From assembly GCF_963921235.1 (NCBI RefSeq), contig NC_086097.1, positions 54,252,001-54,316,000 on the forward strand: a stretch of 64,000 bases of DNA, written 5' to 3'. Position 1 is the first letter of the stretch. Each line of letters starts with the position of its first letter. The notes beneath the pieces were generated by a model. It made no database searches. It saw only the letters and a program-made list of their open reading frames with translations, and was not told the DNA's origin. The position numbers and the translations under genes are program-made. This DNA is from Mobula hypostoma (lineage: Eukaryota). This document shows positions 12,174-24,253 of this stretch, one piece after another.

Positions 12174-14329
12174 ATCTAGAAAGAGATGAAGCACCAATTC
12201 AAAGAAAAGAAAAATAAGGTCCCCCACCTCAGGTGAATATCAAAGGAAAGAAAACAGCCAAAGTGACTTTGATGAGAAATTGTCCAGCAACATAAAAGCA
12301 AAGGAATAACCACCAAATGAAAGGATACACTCTTTAAGAATACAGCAGGGACCATCCTAGCATTGATGTAATAGTTTTGGACAAATTTACAAGAAACAAA
12401 ATCTTCCTTTTATTAATTCTATATTTGCTTTGTTTTAATAGACTCCCTTGTTCCCAGATAGTATACTACTTTAATTAAGAATGCTGGATCAATATTTCTG
12501 TTAATCTAAATATACTGTTCTTCTTTAAGACCCTCTCTTAATTTCTTAACAAAAATGCACTAGCGTTTCCCATTTTTCTGCATTCGATTCTTTTCCATAG
12601 TCAATCCCTGAGTATTTTATGTCCTCTGACCAAAAGGAGACAATTTGAGCATGATTCCTCCTAACTAAACTCTGCCTTTTCAGGAGTAATCCCAGACTCA
12701 GGACAGGAAATGCAGGCCCATCAAGCCCAGAATGCTCGATGTCTGCCCCCTGCAGAAGTAGTAAAAAAAAAACCCCAGATTTTTTGCACTGAAGAAAGAA
12801 TTCCTCTCTTCAAAGGGCCTCTTTACATGAAGATTTTTTTCTTAAAGTTTGAGTATCCAACTGGAAATTATATAATCGTTCTTTAATTGTGAATAATTCT
12901 CTTATTAATCTTTCATCCTGCAAATGTAAAATTTACAGCGCAGAAGGAGCTCATTGATTATGTGGGCAAAAGTTATCAAGTATTTTATTTCAGTAAGTGT
13001 AATTAATCTAAAATTGCTCATTTGATATGCTACATATTTTCTAATATTTAACCTGCTGCAATTTATGGTCATGCTGCTTCAACTAAACAAAAACTTTAAA
13101 CAAACCATACAGTTCTGTGGCAAATTTCATTTCATTCTTAAGTTAAAGTTTCCTGTTGTTCTGTTATGTCTGGCTTGAATGGAAATGACAGAAATGATTA
13201 GTTTGAAATGAAAAGAACAGTTTAAAATAGGTTGGCTCCACAACTTAATTAACCGCAAATGTCAAGAGAAAACCACCCTAACTGTGTATGTATGAATCAA
13301 AAGATTTTACTTAAATCATTTTGTAATTATGGAATTTTCATGTAGATATTTGAAAATATAGTACACTTCCAACAAATGATCAAAAAACAGGTTTTCCCAG
13401 AGAAACTAAAACCTATTACTTAAAATATCTATTTTATTTGTAAATCTATATGTTCTGCAAGCTAGTTATACAATTTAAAACCTCATCCATATAATAATTA
13501 CCAATTGAAATGATTCAGTTTAATTCTCAAAAACAGAATAAAAGAAAATCTAGTAAACTTTGATGTTAACTATATACATTCAATTTACAAGCAGCAGAAT
13601 AAACGAAAGTTTTTGCGCAAATTTTATATGTTGTGTATTGTAAAGATTGAAGATAAATTTACTACATACATTTCTGTTACTTGTAGTTAATTTCTGTTCT
13701 ATTAGAATTATAGAAGCTCCTAGATGACAATATTATAACAAAGTCAACAATAATATCATTCTTTATTGAATATAGATTCAACTTTGATTATAGTCATCTG
13801 TTATATTTTTCAGTCTCTGCGAACAATGTTTTCTAAGATCAGCCTTCAGGGAAAAAGTGAGCATTAATTATGGAACTCAAGCTTGGCACTTGTTTAACAG
13901 GACAGGTAATGCGCCAGTCCGGCAGGGAATTCTATAGCATGCTGAAATGTAATAACAGGGAGCTGATCTAGTGAAGTGTTTATTTGACTCTATTGTCTTT
14001 GTAAATTAAGTCAACATTTTGACAGTTACATTTAAAGCAAAATAAAAATGCCCTGCATCAGTCACAATCATCTGTTTAACAATTTCACTATCACATTTGC
14101 ATTATGTACATATTCAAATATATATAATGAAATGTGAAATGCAGAGTGACATTGCTGTTGTGCAGCACATTAAATTATTTTAAAAGTTAGGTCTGAGAGG
14201 TATATTTAGAAACATTTACATATACAGTAGATTGTGTACATACTGAAATTATCCTGTTGGAACTGAACACTGTTCTGTCTCCTCCCATCTTATCACATCT
14301 AATTCCATTAGCACCATCTTCTATGTCTT

Positions 14330-15010
14330 TTCTCCCTTACATATTAATCCAACTTCCCCATAAACGTAGCTTTGCTCCAACCACTCTCTGCAGTAAAAAA
14401 AAATCCCATATTCTCTCAGTAAAAATAAGTTCCTACTTGATTTCTTGTATCAATGACCTCTCGTTTTGCTCTTCTCCATGGGTGGAAGCACATTGTGTGT
14501 CTACTCTATGAAAATTTCTCATCATTTTAAAGACTTCTATCAAATGACCTCTCAGCCTTCCTTTCAAGAGAAAGGAGACCCAACCTACTCACCTAATAGA
14601 TATAACCACAGAGCCCTAATATCCTCATAAATCATTTTAATATCCTCTTTGGTGCCTTCATATTCCTTTGAAGATATGCTGATCAAAAGTAAATACAGAA
14701 CTCAAAGTGTAGTTTAAACAAATTTTATCACAACTCTGTTTTCAATTCTAACCTTTTTAGCATACCTAGTTTACTTTTGTTAGAACCTTAATGACATTCT
14801 CTGATCATACACTTGTATACCCGGAAGCCTTTGCTCTTCCTATTCAAAGAAACCTCTCTACCTTTCCTACCAAATTGCAACTTCATACATCTTTATGTTT
14901 TTTTATTAATTTCCTAATTATTCTACTTAGCAAGTTTAGACAGCTCTTATAATTTGTTTAAGTCCTCAATGTTAATCAACCTTTCTAATTTAATATTATC
15001 TGTAAATTTA
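14330..15010 (-). mobile_element. Very old CR1 3' remnant
   Basis: Degenerate CR1 3' sequence (ACTTCTATCAAATGACCTCTCAGCCTTCC, CAGAACTCAAAGTGTAG). Confidence 0.55.
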
Positions 15011-17159
15011 GAAATTATGTTTAACTAAGGTATGGGCAAAAATTGTCCTTGTTAGCAAGGCCCATGCTCCAGAAAATAAACAAATATGAAGATGCAAACT
15101 AAAACACAAAGAAAATACTATTGCAGGAAAATTTATATAAAAACATGGAAATTTCCAATTCTGTTGCTAAACAATATGCCCACTCTCCACATAAGCTGAA
15201 AAGATAAAGGATTTAAACTGAAATTAACTAATTAACAGCTGCTCAAATATTTCATCCATGAATATTTGCTTTAAAAGTTGAGTCTTGCCTTCAATAACAA
15301 TTGCACTCCAATGAATTTTAGGGAGACACCTCAACTGAAAAAAATGCTCTTTCCAAAACACATTCTTAAATTAATATTTTATTTCATCTGGCATCAACTC
15401 CTCCTGCATAGTACATTCTCCAGATATGTGTGGACTTGTTGCATGACTTTTACTTCCAAGTAAATAGAAAATGTTTATAAAGCAGTCGCACTGGTATTAG
15501 TTCTGTATCTTCTCGTGAACTTCAGAGCAAAGCAGAGACAAAATGTTCTGACTGGAAGTATAGACCCAACTGCAGGAGATGTGCAGTTTAATTAGTTGCT
15601 ATAAAAGTGGGATCTAATGTCAATAACATTTTTTCCTTTAAATTTCCTTACAGAACCCAGTTAGCCACCAATAAATAGAAAATACAAGTTCCCTGGCAAC
15701 ATCTCGTCATAAAAGACATTTTAAAAATATCAACTACCCTTCCCAAGTTTCTGCACTCTCCTTTGCTTCTTTAACTAATTTTGTTCCCAGTGTTTTAATT
15801 AAGACCACAGAAGTATTTAACATCCAGCAATTCCCTCCTCCTTCCCCCCCCCCCCAACACTACCACAGTCCCCAAACCAACCTCTGCTGTAAATTCTAAA
15901 TACTGGGGGAAATTATCCATCTTTTTATGCTTTCAAGACAAAGTAAAGTGTGACTAAGAACATGCAAGTTTCATTAATATGAAACTTAAAGGCATTCTTA
16001 TTTTAAAATACCATATATTATTTACCCATACGCATCCCTTAAACCAGTAGGGTTGCTCTAATAGGGCTTCTAATCACTGGCTTCATGTCTAACAGCCATA
16101 AATCACATACAATAAAATGAAAATATTTAGCAAACAGAGTTGTACATTTTTAACAGGGGATGCACCATGAGCTTTCAGGTATATTAGCTATCACGACAGC
16201 CAGAATAGGAAACTTTGCGGTCAATAGTACACTGGAAATTTGTTTGAGGGAGCAGGAAACAGGTCTTGTGGAGAAGATTCGCTTGGAGTGGGAATAAAAA
16301 GAAACTGAAGAGAAACATGGAACAGGTGTGAGTGCAAGCTGAAAATGTGAGGCATCTTCTTAAAGGGTACTTGGCCATGGCTGGATGCATGCTGAGAAAA
16401 TAAAGACAGAGAAAGGGGCAACTGAGTTAGTCCTCTCAAAGTCCATGACAATTTTGCATACTATTAGAAGGAAAGGGAGAAGTTAAGAAGATACTGAGTA
16501 GCAGAAAAATAAAGCTCTGAGTAACCTTTGCATTCTGGGATGGGATGAGATGAGATAGATGACAGAGAAGAATAAGACCCAATAGTGATTTGCGGGCTAC
16601 AGGAATAGCTGATGGTCGATGGCTAAATCATCTGACTACTACATATATTCATGTCCATTTTTTTATGTAAAGGGTGTGGGATAGTTGAACCAGCTGCTAC
16701 TTGGAGAAATATCGTGATGAATAGACAACTAAAGACTGGACAGTTGGGACTTTGAAGGTCCAAGGAGAATGATCATCTTTGAAATGTCTTATTGTAAAAC
16801 ATTGCAGCTATTCCTGCTAACTACAGGAAGTTGCATTCTTCCTCTTCCACCATCCTCCGCACACAGGCAAATTACAAACATCTGTCCAGCAAATGTGCGT
16901 GAAACACTTATAAATTATTGGGTATACTCTGCCCAGAGGTCCAGACAAAGAAAGCACTCTGGAGGTTTTCGTGAAATCCTACATTATGCAAGTGTTTCTA
17001 CCCACACAGCACTACACCACAGGGAGCTAAGAATGGGTCAGTAGAAATGCCATTGCTGTCTGTCAAGAATTCTTTACCAGTTAACTGGCCAAAATATAAA
17101 CACATAATTCAGTTCTGTGAAACAATACCAACCTAATTTCACAAAATAATTCCACTAGT

Positions 17160-19435
17160 GAAGTGTTCTCCAAGGTATTTTCATTAACCTTATCCATTAG
17201 TACCCAGAAAGGGGTAACTCAGGTAGACAAAGTGGTGAAGGTGGAAAGTGGCACAGTTACTATACTGAGCACAAGAGTTGCTACTAAATACGGCAAGTGG
17301 GATACAGACTACAAGAATTTGAACTTCATGTTGCAGCTTGCAAGATATTAGTGAAAATGCACCCGGAATGTTGAGTGCAGCTCTGGTCACAAAGCCAAGT
17401 GAGGGATGACTAAACAGGCCAGGGTGTAGAAAAGATTCACATGGTTGTCGCCAGAACTGAAGGGCTTGCGTTATAAGGAGAAGACAAGCCTGAGAACTGC
17501 ATGCCGGTGAAGGCTGGCGAGCCTGCCTTCAGTTGTAGGAAAGTTACTGAAGGGAGTTCTGAGGGACAAGATCTACCATCCTTGGATGGTCAAGGCCTGA
17601 TGAGGAATAGTCAGCATGGTTTCGTGCATGGAAGGTCACATCTGATGAAATTCTTGGTGTTTTTTTGAAGAGGTAACTAAGAGGATAGATGAAAGTAGGG
17701 AAGAGGATGCTGTCTATACGGACTTTAATAAGGCCTTTGACAAGGTCCCACATGGCAGGTTGATCTGAAAGGTTAGGTTGCATGTAATTCAGGGGAAGCT
17801 AGTAATGTGGGTTCAGAATTGGCTCACTGATGGGAAGCAGAGAGTGATGGCTAAATGTCAATTCACCAACTGGAGGCTTGTGATAGTAGAGTGCCCCAGT
17901 AGTTCAGTTAGGGAAATGGGCTGAGGAATGGCCAATGATTTTTAACCTAGTTAAGTGTGAGGTGATGCATTTTCGACAATCAAACCAGGGGAGGATCTAT
18001 ACAGTGAATGGCAGGGGACTAAGGAGAGTTGTGGAACAGAGGGACCTGGGAGTACAAGTGCACAGTTCGCTGAAAGCAGCCGTGCAAGTAGACATGGTGG
18101 TGAAGAAGGCATTTGGTATGCTGGCCTTCATCAGTCAGGACACTGAGTTTAGGACTAGAGGCATTATGCTCCAGTTATGCAAGTTGATGGTAAGATCACA
18201 TTGGACCATTATGTACCGTTTTGGTCACCTGTATAGCAAACATTGTTAAGCTGAAGAGGGTGCAGAAGCAATTTATAAGGATTCTGCCTCAACCCTTACT
18301 TAGTAACTTATTGTCCATTACACCGCTGGAATTTAGGGTAGCAATGAAGGTCCTCAATCTGTCTGCCTATACCGTCATACACAGATATAGAAGGATTCTT
18401 CATTGCTGTTCCCTATCAAGATCTTTTGACCAGTTAGGATTGTTAGCCCTGAGCTGAAATCCCAGACCTGGAGGACTGGTGGACCACTCTTAGTCTGGTC
18501 TCTACCCTTTGACTTGTATGGCATGGGTGAACCTAGCAAGAGACAAAGCACAAGGCCCTGACTCCGGCCAACATACCGTAGCTCTCCAGATCACTGAGGC
18601 ACTCAGGCTCCAAACTCCATGACAAGGTTGTGGTCCTCTCACAGGTGTCTAGAACAGAGTGCCTCGGTTATAGGGAAAGGTTGGCCATGCTGGATCTTTA
18701 GTCCTTGCAGGGTAGGAGAATGAAGGGACACCTCAAAGAGTTTTATAAAGTTGTGAGGGACACGAGTAAGTTAGACGGTCGTAGTCTTTTCCAAAATGAG
18801 GGGATACAGATACAAGTTTAAGAGTCCTGCGAGGGAAATGAGTACCTGGATCGAGCTGCCAGAAGGCGGTAGACATCATTAAATAGGCATTTAGATAGGT
18901 ACTATACATGGAGTGGAAGAGTTTGGATGGTTAGGAGCCAAACACAGGTAACTGAGACCAGCATGGACCAGTTGGGCTGAAAGGCCTACTGTATTATTCT
19001 ATGACTCTATGACACTATGAGAAACTAGATAGATTGGTACTGTTATTCCCAGAGTGACAGAGACTGAGTGGCAAGAGGTTATTAAATCAAGAGGGGTATA
19101 GATAACTTTGATGGTCACAGTCTGTTTCCCAGGATAGTGAAGTCTAAAACTGAAAGACATAGGTTTAAGATGAGAGGGGATAAATCCAAAGGGACCTGAG
19201 GGGCAGGGTGTTTTTTCACACACCATGTGTATTCACAGTGAGCTTCTGCAGGAAGTGGGAGAAGAGGTATAATTATATCATTTAAAAGAGATTTATACGT
19301 TCACAGGTAGGAATGGTTTTGAAACACATGGGCCAAATACAGGCAAGAGCGATGAGCTAGGGAAGACATTTTGGTTGCCATGGACCAGTTAGCCTGAAAG
19401 GCCTGATTCCATGTTGTATATTGCAATGACTCCAT
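17160..19435 (+). mobile_element. Cluster of decayed CR1 fragments
   Basis: 'FNLVKCEVMHFRQSNQGRIYTVNGRGLRRVVEQRDLGVQVHSSLK', KAFDKVPH codons, several CR1 tails. Confidence 0.85.
18295..18640 (-). mobile_element. RTE-derived non-autonomous element inserted in CR1
   Basis: GTAGCAATGAAGGTCCTC matches the RTE end near 40050; GGACCACTCTTAGTCTGG..CTACCCTTTG matches 37245-37280 in reverse. Confidence 0.6.
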
Positions 19436-19924
19436 CATGCTTTAAAGTTATAACACAAAACATCTGTATAGCTACCTTTTGTAAAGCTGGTGTATGTTTA
19501 TTGAATAATAGAGTCCGAATTTCATCTCAGAATGATTATTATTCGGCAGTTTTACAGCTGTCTCAGATGTCCGTTTGCTTTTTTGTATCACTAAATCAAG
19601 TGTTGGTTGTGTGTGGTGGATCTGAAATGACGTAAGTTACAAAATTGAGTGACCTACCTTGATTAACTGTGATAGAAACATCAGTTTGATGTCTGTCAGG
19701 GGAACAGCTGTTTCAGAGTTAACGGTTAAGCCTTTCTGTGAGTTCGCTCTGATGATATAACCCTATTGTAATAGAAGTATGAGTTATCACAATTTCTCGT
19801 AGTGTGAGAGATTCATAAGAGCTTTTGTTACCACCAACTCATGAATGTCTATTTAAAGTGCTAAGTAGTGCTGAAAGTATGTAATTAACCTCTGTCCAGA
19901 CAGTGAATCAATAGGTTACACAAG

Positions 19925-20255
19925 AACAACCACGAGATTATGCAATGCTGGGAACGCAGAACAACACACACATGATGCTGGAGGAACTCAGCAGGTCAGG
20001 CAGCATCTATGAAAATGAACAAACAGGTCGAGACCCTTCTATGTCTCTGTGAGGAACTAGATAGAGTGGTACTGTTATCCCTGGAGTGAAAGAGGTTGAG
20101 TGGTAAGCTTACAGAGGCTCAGAAAATAGTGAGGGGTTGCTTTTTTATCAGAGCTGATGAAGGGTCTCAGCCCAAAATGTCAACTGTTTATTCCCCTCCA
20201 TAGATGCTGCCTGACCTATTAAGTTCCTCCTGAGTTTTATGTGAATTGCACAAGA
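19925..20255. mobile_element. Two inverted Penelope-derived ends with a CR1 scrap between; degenerate hammerhead at 20154-20186 (+)
   Basis: ATGCTGGAGGAACTCAGCAGGTCAGGCAGCATCTATG and its reverse complement; CTGATGAAGGGTCTCAGCCCAAAATGTC. Confidence 0.75.
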
Positions 20256-21029
20256 ATTTTATGAACTATATAAAATTATGTAACAAATCCAAAAGGAATC
20301 TAATCCTCCCAACATCAGTGTGTCAGTAAATTTGTGGAACTCTTCTAGATTTCTGGTACAACATTCAGTATTGCAGCAACACGCTGATGACACAATCAGC
20401 ACATCAGCACGTGTTCCCGGGAGGGAAAGGTGCTCTCTTTCCGTCTCTGTGTTTGGCTGCACAGGTCTCTCCAGCCTGTAGATGTCTGCGTGGAAGACAT
20501 AGCAGCTTCCACGATAACCAATAGTATCTGGGCAATCTGTCAATTCAGGAAGCAGCTACTGCTAATCCAGTATTGCCTTGCACTCACCCTTTTGGCCAGA
20601 GTACAAACCAAAGCAGCTTGCCCTATCTGCCCAGCACCAACCCTTGCTGGCAGCCTTTCCACACTCAGTCATAGGGAAGTGCCCATGGACAGCAGAGGTC
20701 TGTGCCAGATTCCAAGCACAAATGGTGTGCGACGGTGGGAAGGGAAGGGCTTTGAACCAGGTGCTAGGCACAGGAGCATGCATCATGGTGTCCAAACTCC
20801 TTCTCTAAAATTGCAGCGTGGTAACATTTGCACAGGTAGTCCAATTCTGCTAAAATAAAACAAAGTTCTGCTGAGCAGTGTTATGCTGAGTACCAGCCTT
20901 TTCATTTTTGTACTTAAGGATTGAGTTGTGCATTTTGGTCATTTTAGGCTTTTTTTCCAACCAATTCAACAAATATGGGCACAGTAAAAATTTCCACAAA
21001 CTTTTCTGTTGGCATTCAAGGAATGAAGA

Positions 21030-21552
21030 AACATGGTGCTGGGGGCTTGGGATGGAGAGGTGAGGTGGGTGTCAGAGGAAATGAGTAAATGGAGGCGAGG
21101 GAAATGGATAGCGAAGAGAGGATTACCTGAAATTTCCAGTTTTCTTTCTCCTCCTCACCAGCCCATCACCCACCCACTTCTCCTACATGGGCCCATCCCC
21201 AACAGTTCCTGTCTGTCCATCACACCTCCTTTACTTTGTTCCCTGGCCCACCTTCCTTTTCTATCAGACTGCATCATCTATAGCCTTTGCTACCTCCCAC
21301 CTACCACATTCCAGCTTTTGTCGCTGTTTCCACTCTTCCATCCTCCATCCGCCAATAACCCCTCCTCACCTGGATCCACATCTCACATTCCAGCCCTTAT
21401 TCCACCCCTTCTCCTCACTTTTTTTATATTGGCTATCTCGCCTGCCTCCCTACCTTGCAGTCCAGTCGAAGGATCTTGACCCAAAACATCAACAGTCCGT
21501 TTCCCTCCGCTGATGCTTCCTGACTCCACTGAGTACCTCCAGTACTCTGTGA
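21030..21552 (+). mobile_element. Old Penelope-like pseudo-LTR
   Basis: Purine-rich then pyrimidine-rich tract followed by GAAGGATCTTGACCCAAAACATCAAC...GATGCTTCCTGACTCCACTGAGTACCTCCAG. Confidence 0.6.
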
Positions 21553-21902
21553 TACCTTGATACGTTTGCCTTGATACCTAGCTAAAAGGCCAAGGACAGC
21601 AAGTGAATAGGAAAAGTACCACCTGCACATCTCCTGGCAAATCTCACATCATTCTAATCTAAAAATATATTGTTATTCCCGAATGGTTATTTAACCTAAA
21701 TCCTGGAAATCCCAGTCTAAAAGAATATAAGAAGACATTCAAGAATAAACCATGTGGCTTCATGAGCTTTCTCGATCACTCTACAATATTATGGGTTAAT
21801 TGCTGGTCCAGTGGGTGGGGAAAATCTGGGCAAACAAACCAGAGACCTGACTTCCATTCCCACCATGGCCAATATGGGATTTAACTTCAGTTAATAAAGA
21901 TT

Positions 21903-22210
21903 ACTTTTATTTGTCACGTGTACATTGAAACAGTGAAATGTGTCGTTTTGCATTAGCAGCCAACACCGTCAGAGGACTGTGCCGGGGGTAACTCACAAGT
22001 GTCGCCATTCTCCCGGCGCCAACACAGCGCACCCGCAGTTCATTAACCCTAACCATACGTATCTGAAATGTGGGAGGAAACTGAAGCACCCAGAGGAAGC
22101 CCATGCAGTCATAGTGAGAACGTGCAAACTCCTTACAGACAGCTGTGAGAGATTTAAACCGCAATCAGTCATCACTGGCGTTGTACGTGATTGAGCTAAC
22201 TCCTACAGAA
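21903..22210 (-). mobile_element. tRNA-derived V-domain (HE1-like) SINE with Rex-like tail
   Basis: Minus strand GGAGTTTGCACGTTCTC...TGGGTGCTTCAGTTTCCTCCCACA; tail GTACACGTGACAAATAAA. Confidence 0.75.
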
Positions 22211-23565
22211 CTGTATCACCCTAGGTGATCAATAATAATGCAGACTATTAAAAATAAAATAAACACATAATTGGTAATGGTACTGTAACCAATTAATTAC
22301 AGAATTGTTATAAAGACTCATTTGGTTCACTAATTGCCTTCAAGGGAGGATGTACTGTATGCCAACCTTACCCTATATGGCCTAAATGTCTCCAAACCCA
22401 TCAATGTGATTCACTCACCCACTTGAAACAGAGAAGAAATAAATCTGGACAAACACTCTAACCTGGACACCAAGTACATCCACGGGCAATTAACCTTGCA
22501 AAGTGCCACTCAAATATTTGGGGATTGTTGTCCACTTTGAGAGCTGTTCCAGTGGTTATCTGTCTCACACAGCGTACTCACATAATCACACCTTACCTAT
22601 ACCGTGTCAAAACTCTCCATTACAAACCCTGGACATGTCCCCTTCCACTGCATGAAAAAGAGATGATGGGACAGTAGCATAGAGGAAGGAGTGAATGGTG
22701 AATAGTGAGTCCTCAACAATGATTCCAGATTTCATGTGTTCTCCCTGGTACCAGGTCAAACATGTCAAACCTCTTCCTGTCCTCCATTAGCTGTTGAGTC
22801 AGAGTTTCTCCATGACGACCAACACTGGAAAGAAGCAAAAAGGGAGCAAGGGAACAGAATTTACTCTGGGGGTGGGGTGTGATGTGATTGTCCAAAAGTA
22901 GTCACTCAGGTTGTTTTGTGGTGTGGAGTAGGGTGGGTAAGGGAACGTACACAAAGGATTTTAGGATGTGGGGGAGAAGTTCCTAACCTGAACTTATATT
23001 CCATGTAACCAAATCGTCATTTATGTAACATGATGTGCTGGATCAGAGGATATTCATTCATTCCAGCCAATTCATTCTCATCTCTTGAAATGCTACACTT
23101 TATTTGTCAACCACTGAAGTGGGAGTTAGATAAAGTGCCTCCCTGTCACTGGTCCGGAGATGATCTCTGAGTTATATTCATTTACTTCTGGCCTGACACG
23201 TTCCCTCTTCCGAGGATTAACTTTTGAATGGATAACAGTATTTTCATGAACTAATGAAAAAAAATGCATATACCCCAAAATCTAAATTAAAATCAGAAAA
23301 TGTTGAAATCACTCAGCAGGCCAGGCAACATAGAGTCATAGGGCTCTATAGGCAGAAACAGGACTTTCAGTCAATCTAGTCCATGCCGAACTATTATACT
23401 GCCCATCTCCTTCAACTCGCATCTGGACCATAACCAACCCACACCAAGACATCTGAAAAAAGCAAAACAGAGTTAACCTTTCAGCTCAAAGACCCTTCCT
23501 CAGGTCTTCAATTTGACACATTAGTTTTATTTCTCTTTCCACGTTTCTTGCCTGGCTTCCTGAGA

Positions 23566-24158
23566 GTTTCAAGCACTTTTTGATTTTCTGGTTATAAATC
23601 CTGGCTGTGAACGTTTAAATAATCCCACAAACCCTCAAAAACTAGAAAATTCTACTAGTTAACATGCCCTCTACTAAAGCATATTTCTTAAACACGGGGT
23701 TTGGGAAACCTGGGGTTAATCTAAATAACCAGACCAGACCTTACAAATTCAGGGTATGATTTGATCATTCACCACACCTTCCCCATCATGTTAATTGTTC
23801 CAGTACAATTTGGTTTGAAGATGAACTATTTTTAAAAAAAGCTACATACAGACTCCAGTATTTTAGTCCAGGAGAATTCTGCTAATTATCCATTTCAAAA
23901 TGAATAGTTAAATATAAATTAAAATAGAATTCTAGGTTTCACGGCATTCTTAAAAATAGTTAATTTCTTTCTGGAGCAGACAGCATTGTGTTCAAGTAGG
24001 CATTGTTCAAATAAGTTTTCCCAAACCCCATGCATAAGAAATATGCTTTAGTAGAGGCATGTTAACGAGTAGAATTTTCTAGTTTTTGAGGGTTTGTGGA
24101 ATTATTTAAACGTTCACAGCCAGTATTTAAAACCAGGAAATCAAAAAGTGCTTGAAAC
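23566..24158. repeat. ~140-bp inverted repeat with ~310-bp spacer
   Basis: 23566-23708 is the near-exact reverse complement of 24017-24158. Confidence 0.9.
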
Positions 24159-24253
24159 AGTCAACTCAATTCTTTCCAATCTGATACCTGTTACTATAAA
24201 GCATAAATTAGAGCCACAGGTGGAGTATTTCCACTTCATCCTCTGCTAACCTA

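Noticed and set aside
19745..19830. C/D-box snoRNA or hammerhead at CTGATGA
   Set aside because: Not a proper RTGATGA box with terminal stem and D box, no hammerhead stems, and no host intron evident.
20259..20858. ORFs of 76-142 aa as exons of an upstream gene
   Set aside because: No recognisable protein or consistent splice pattern; BMP4 or other exons were not found in the window.
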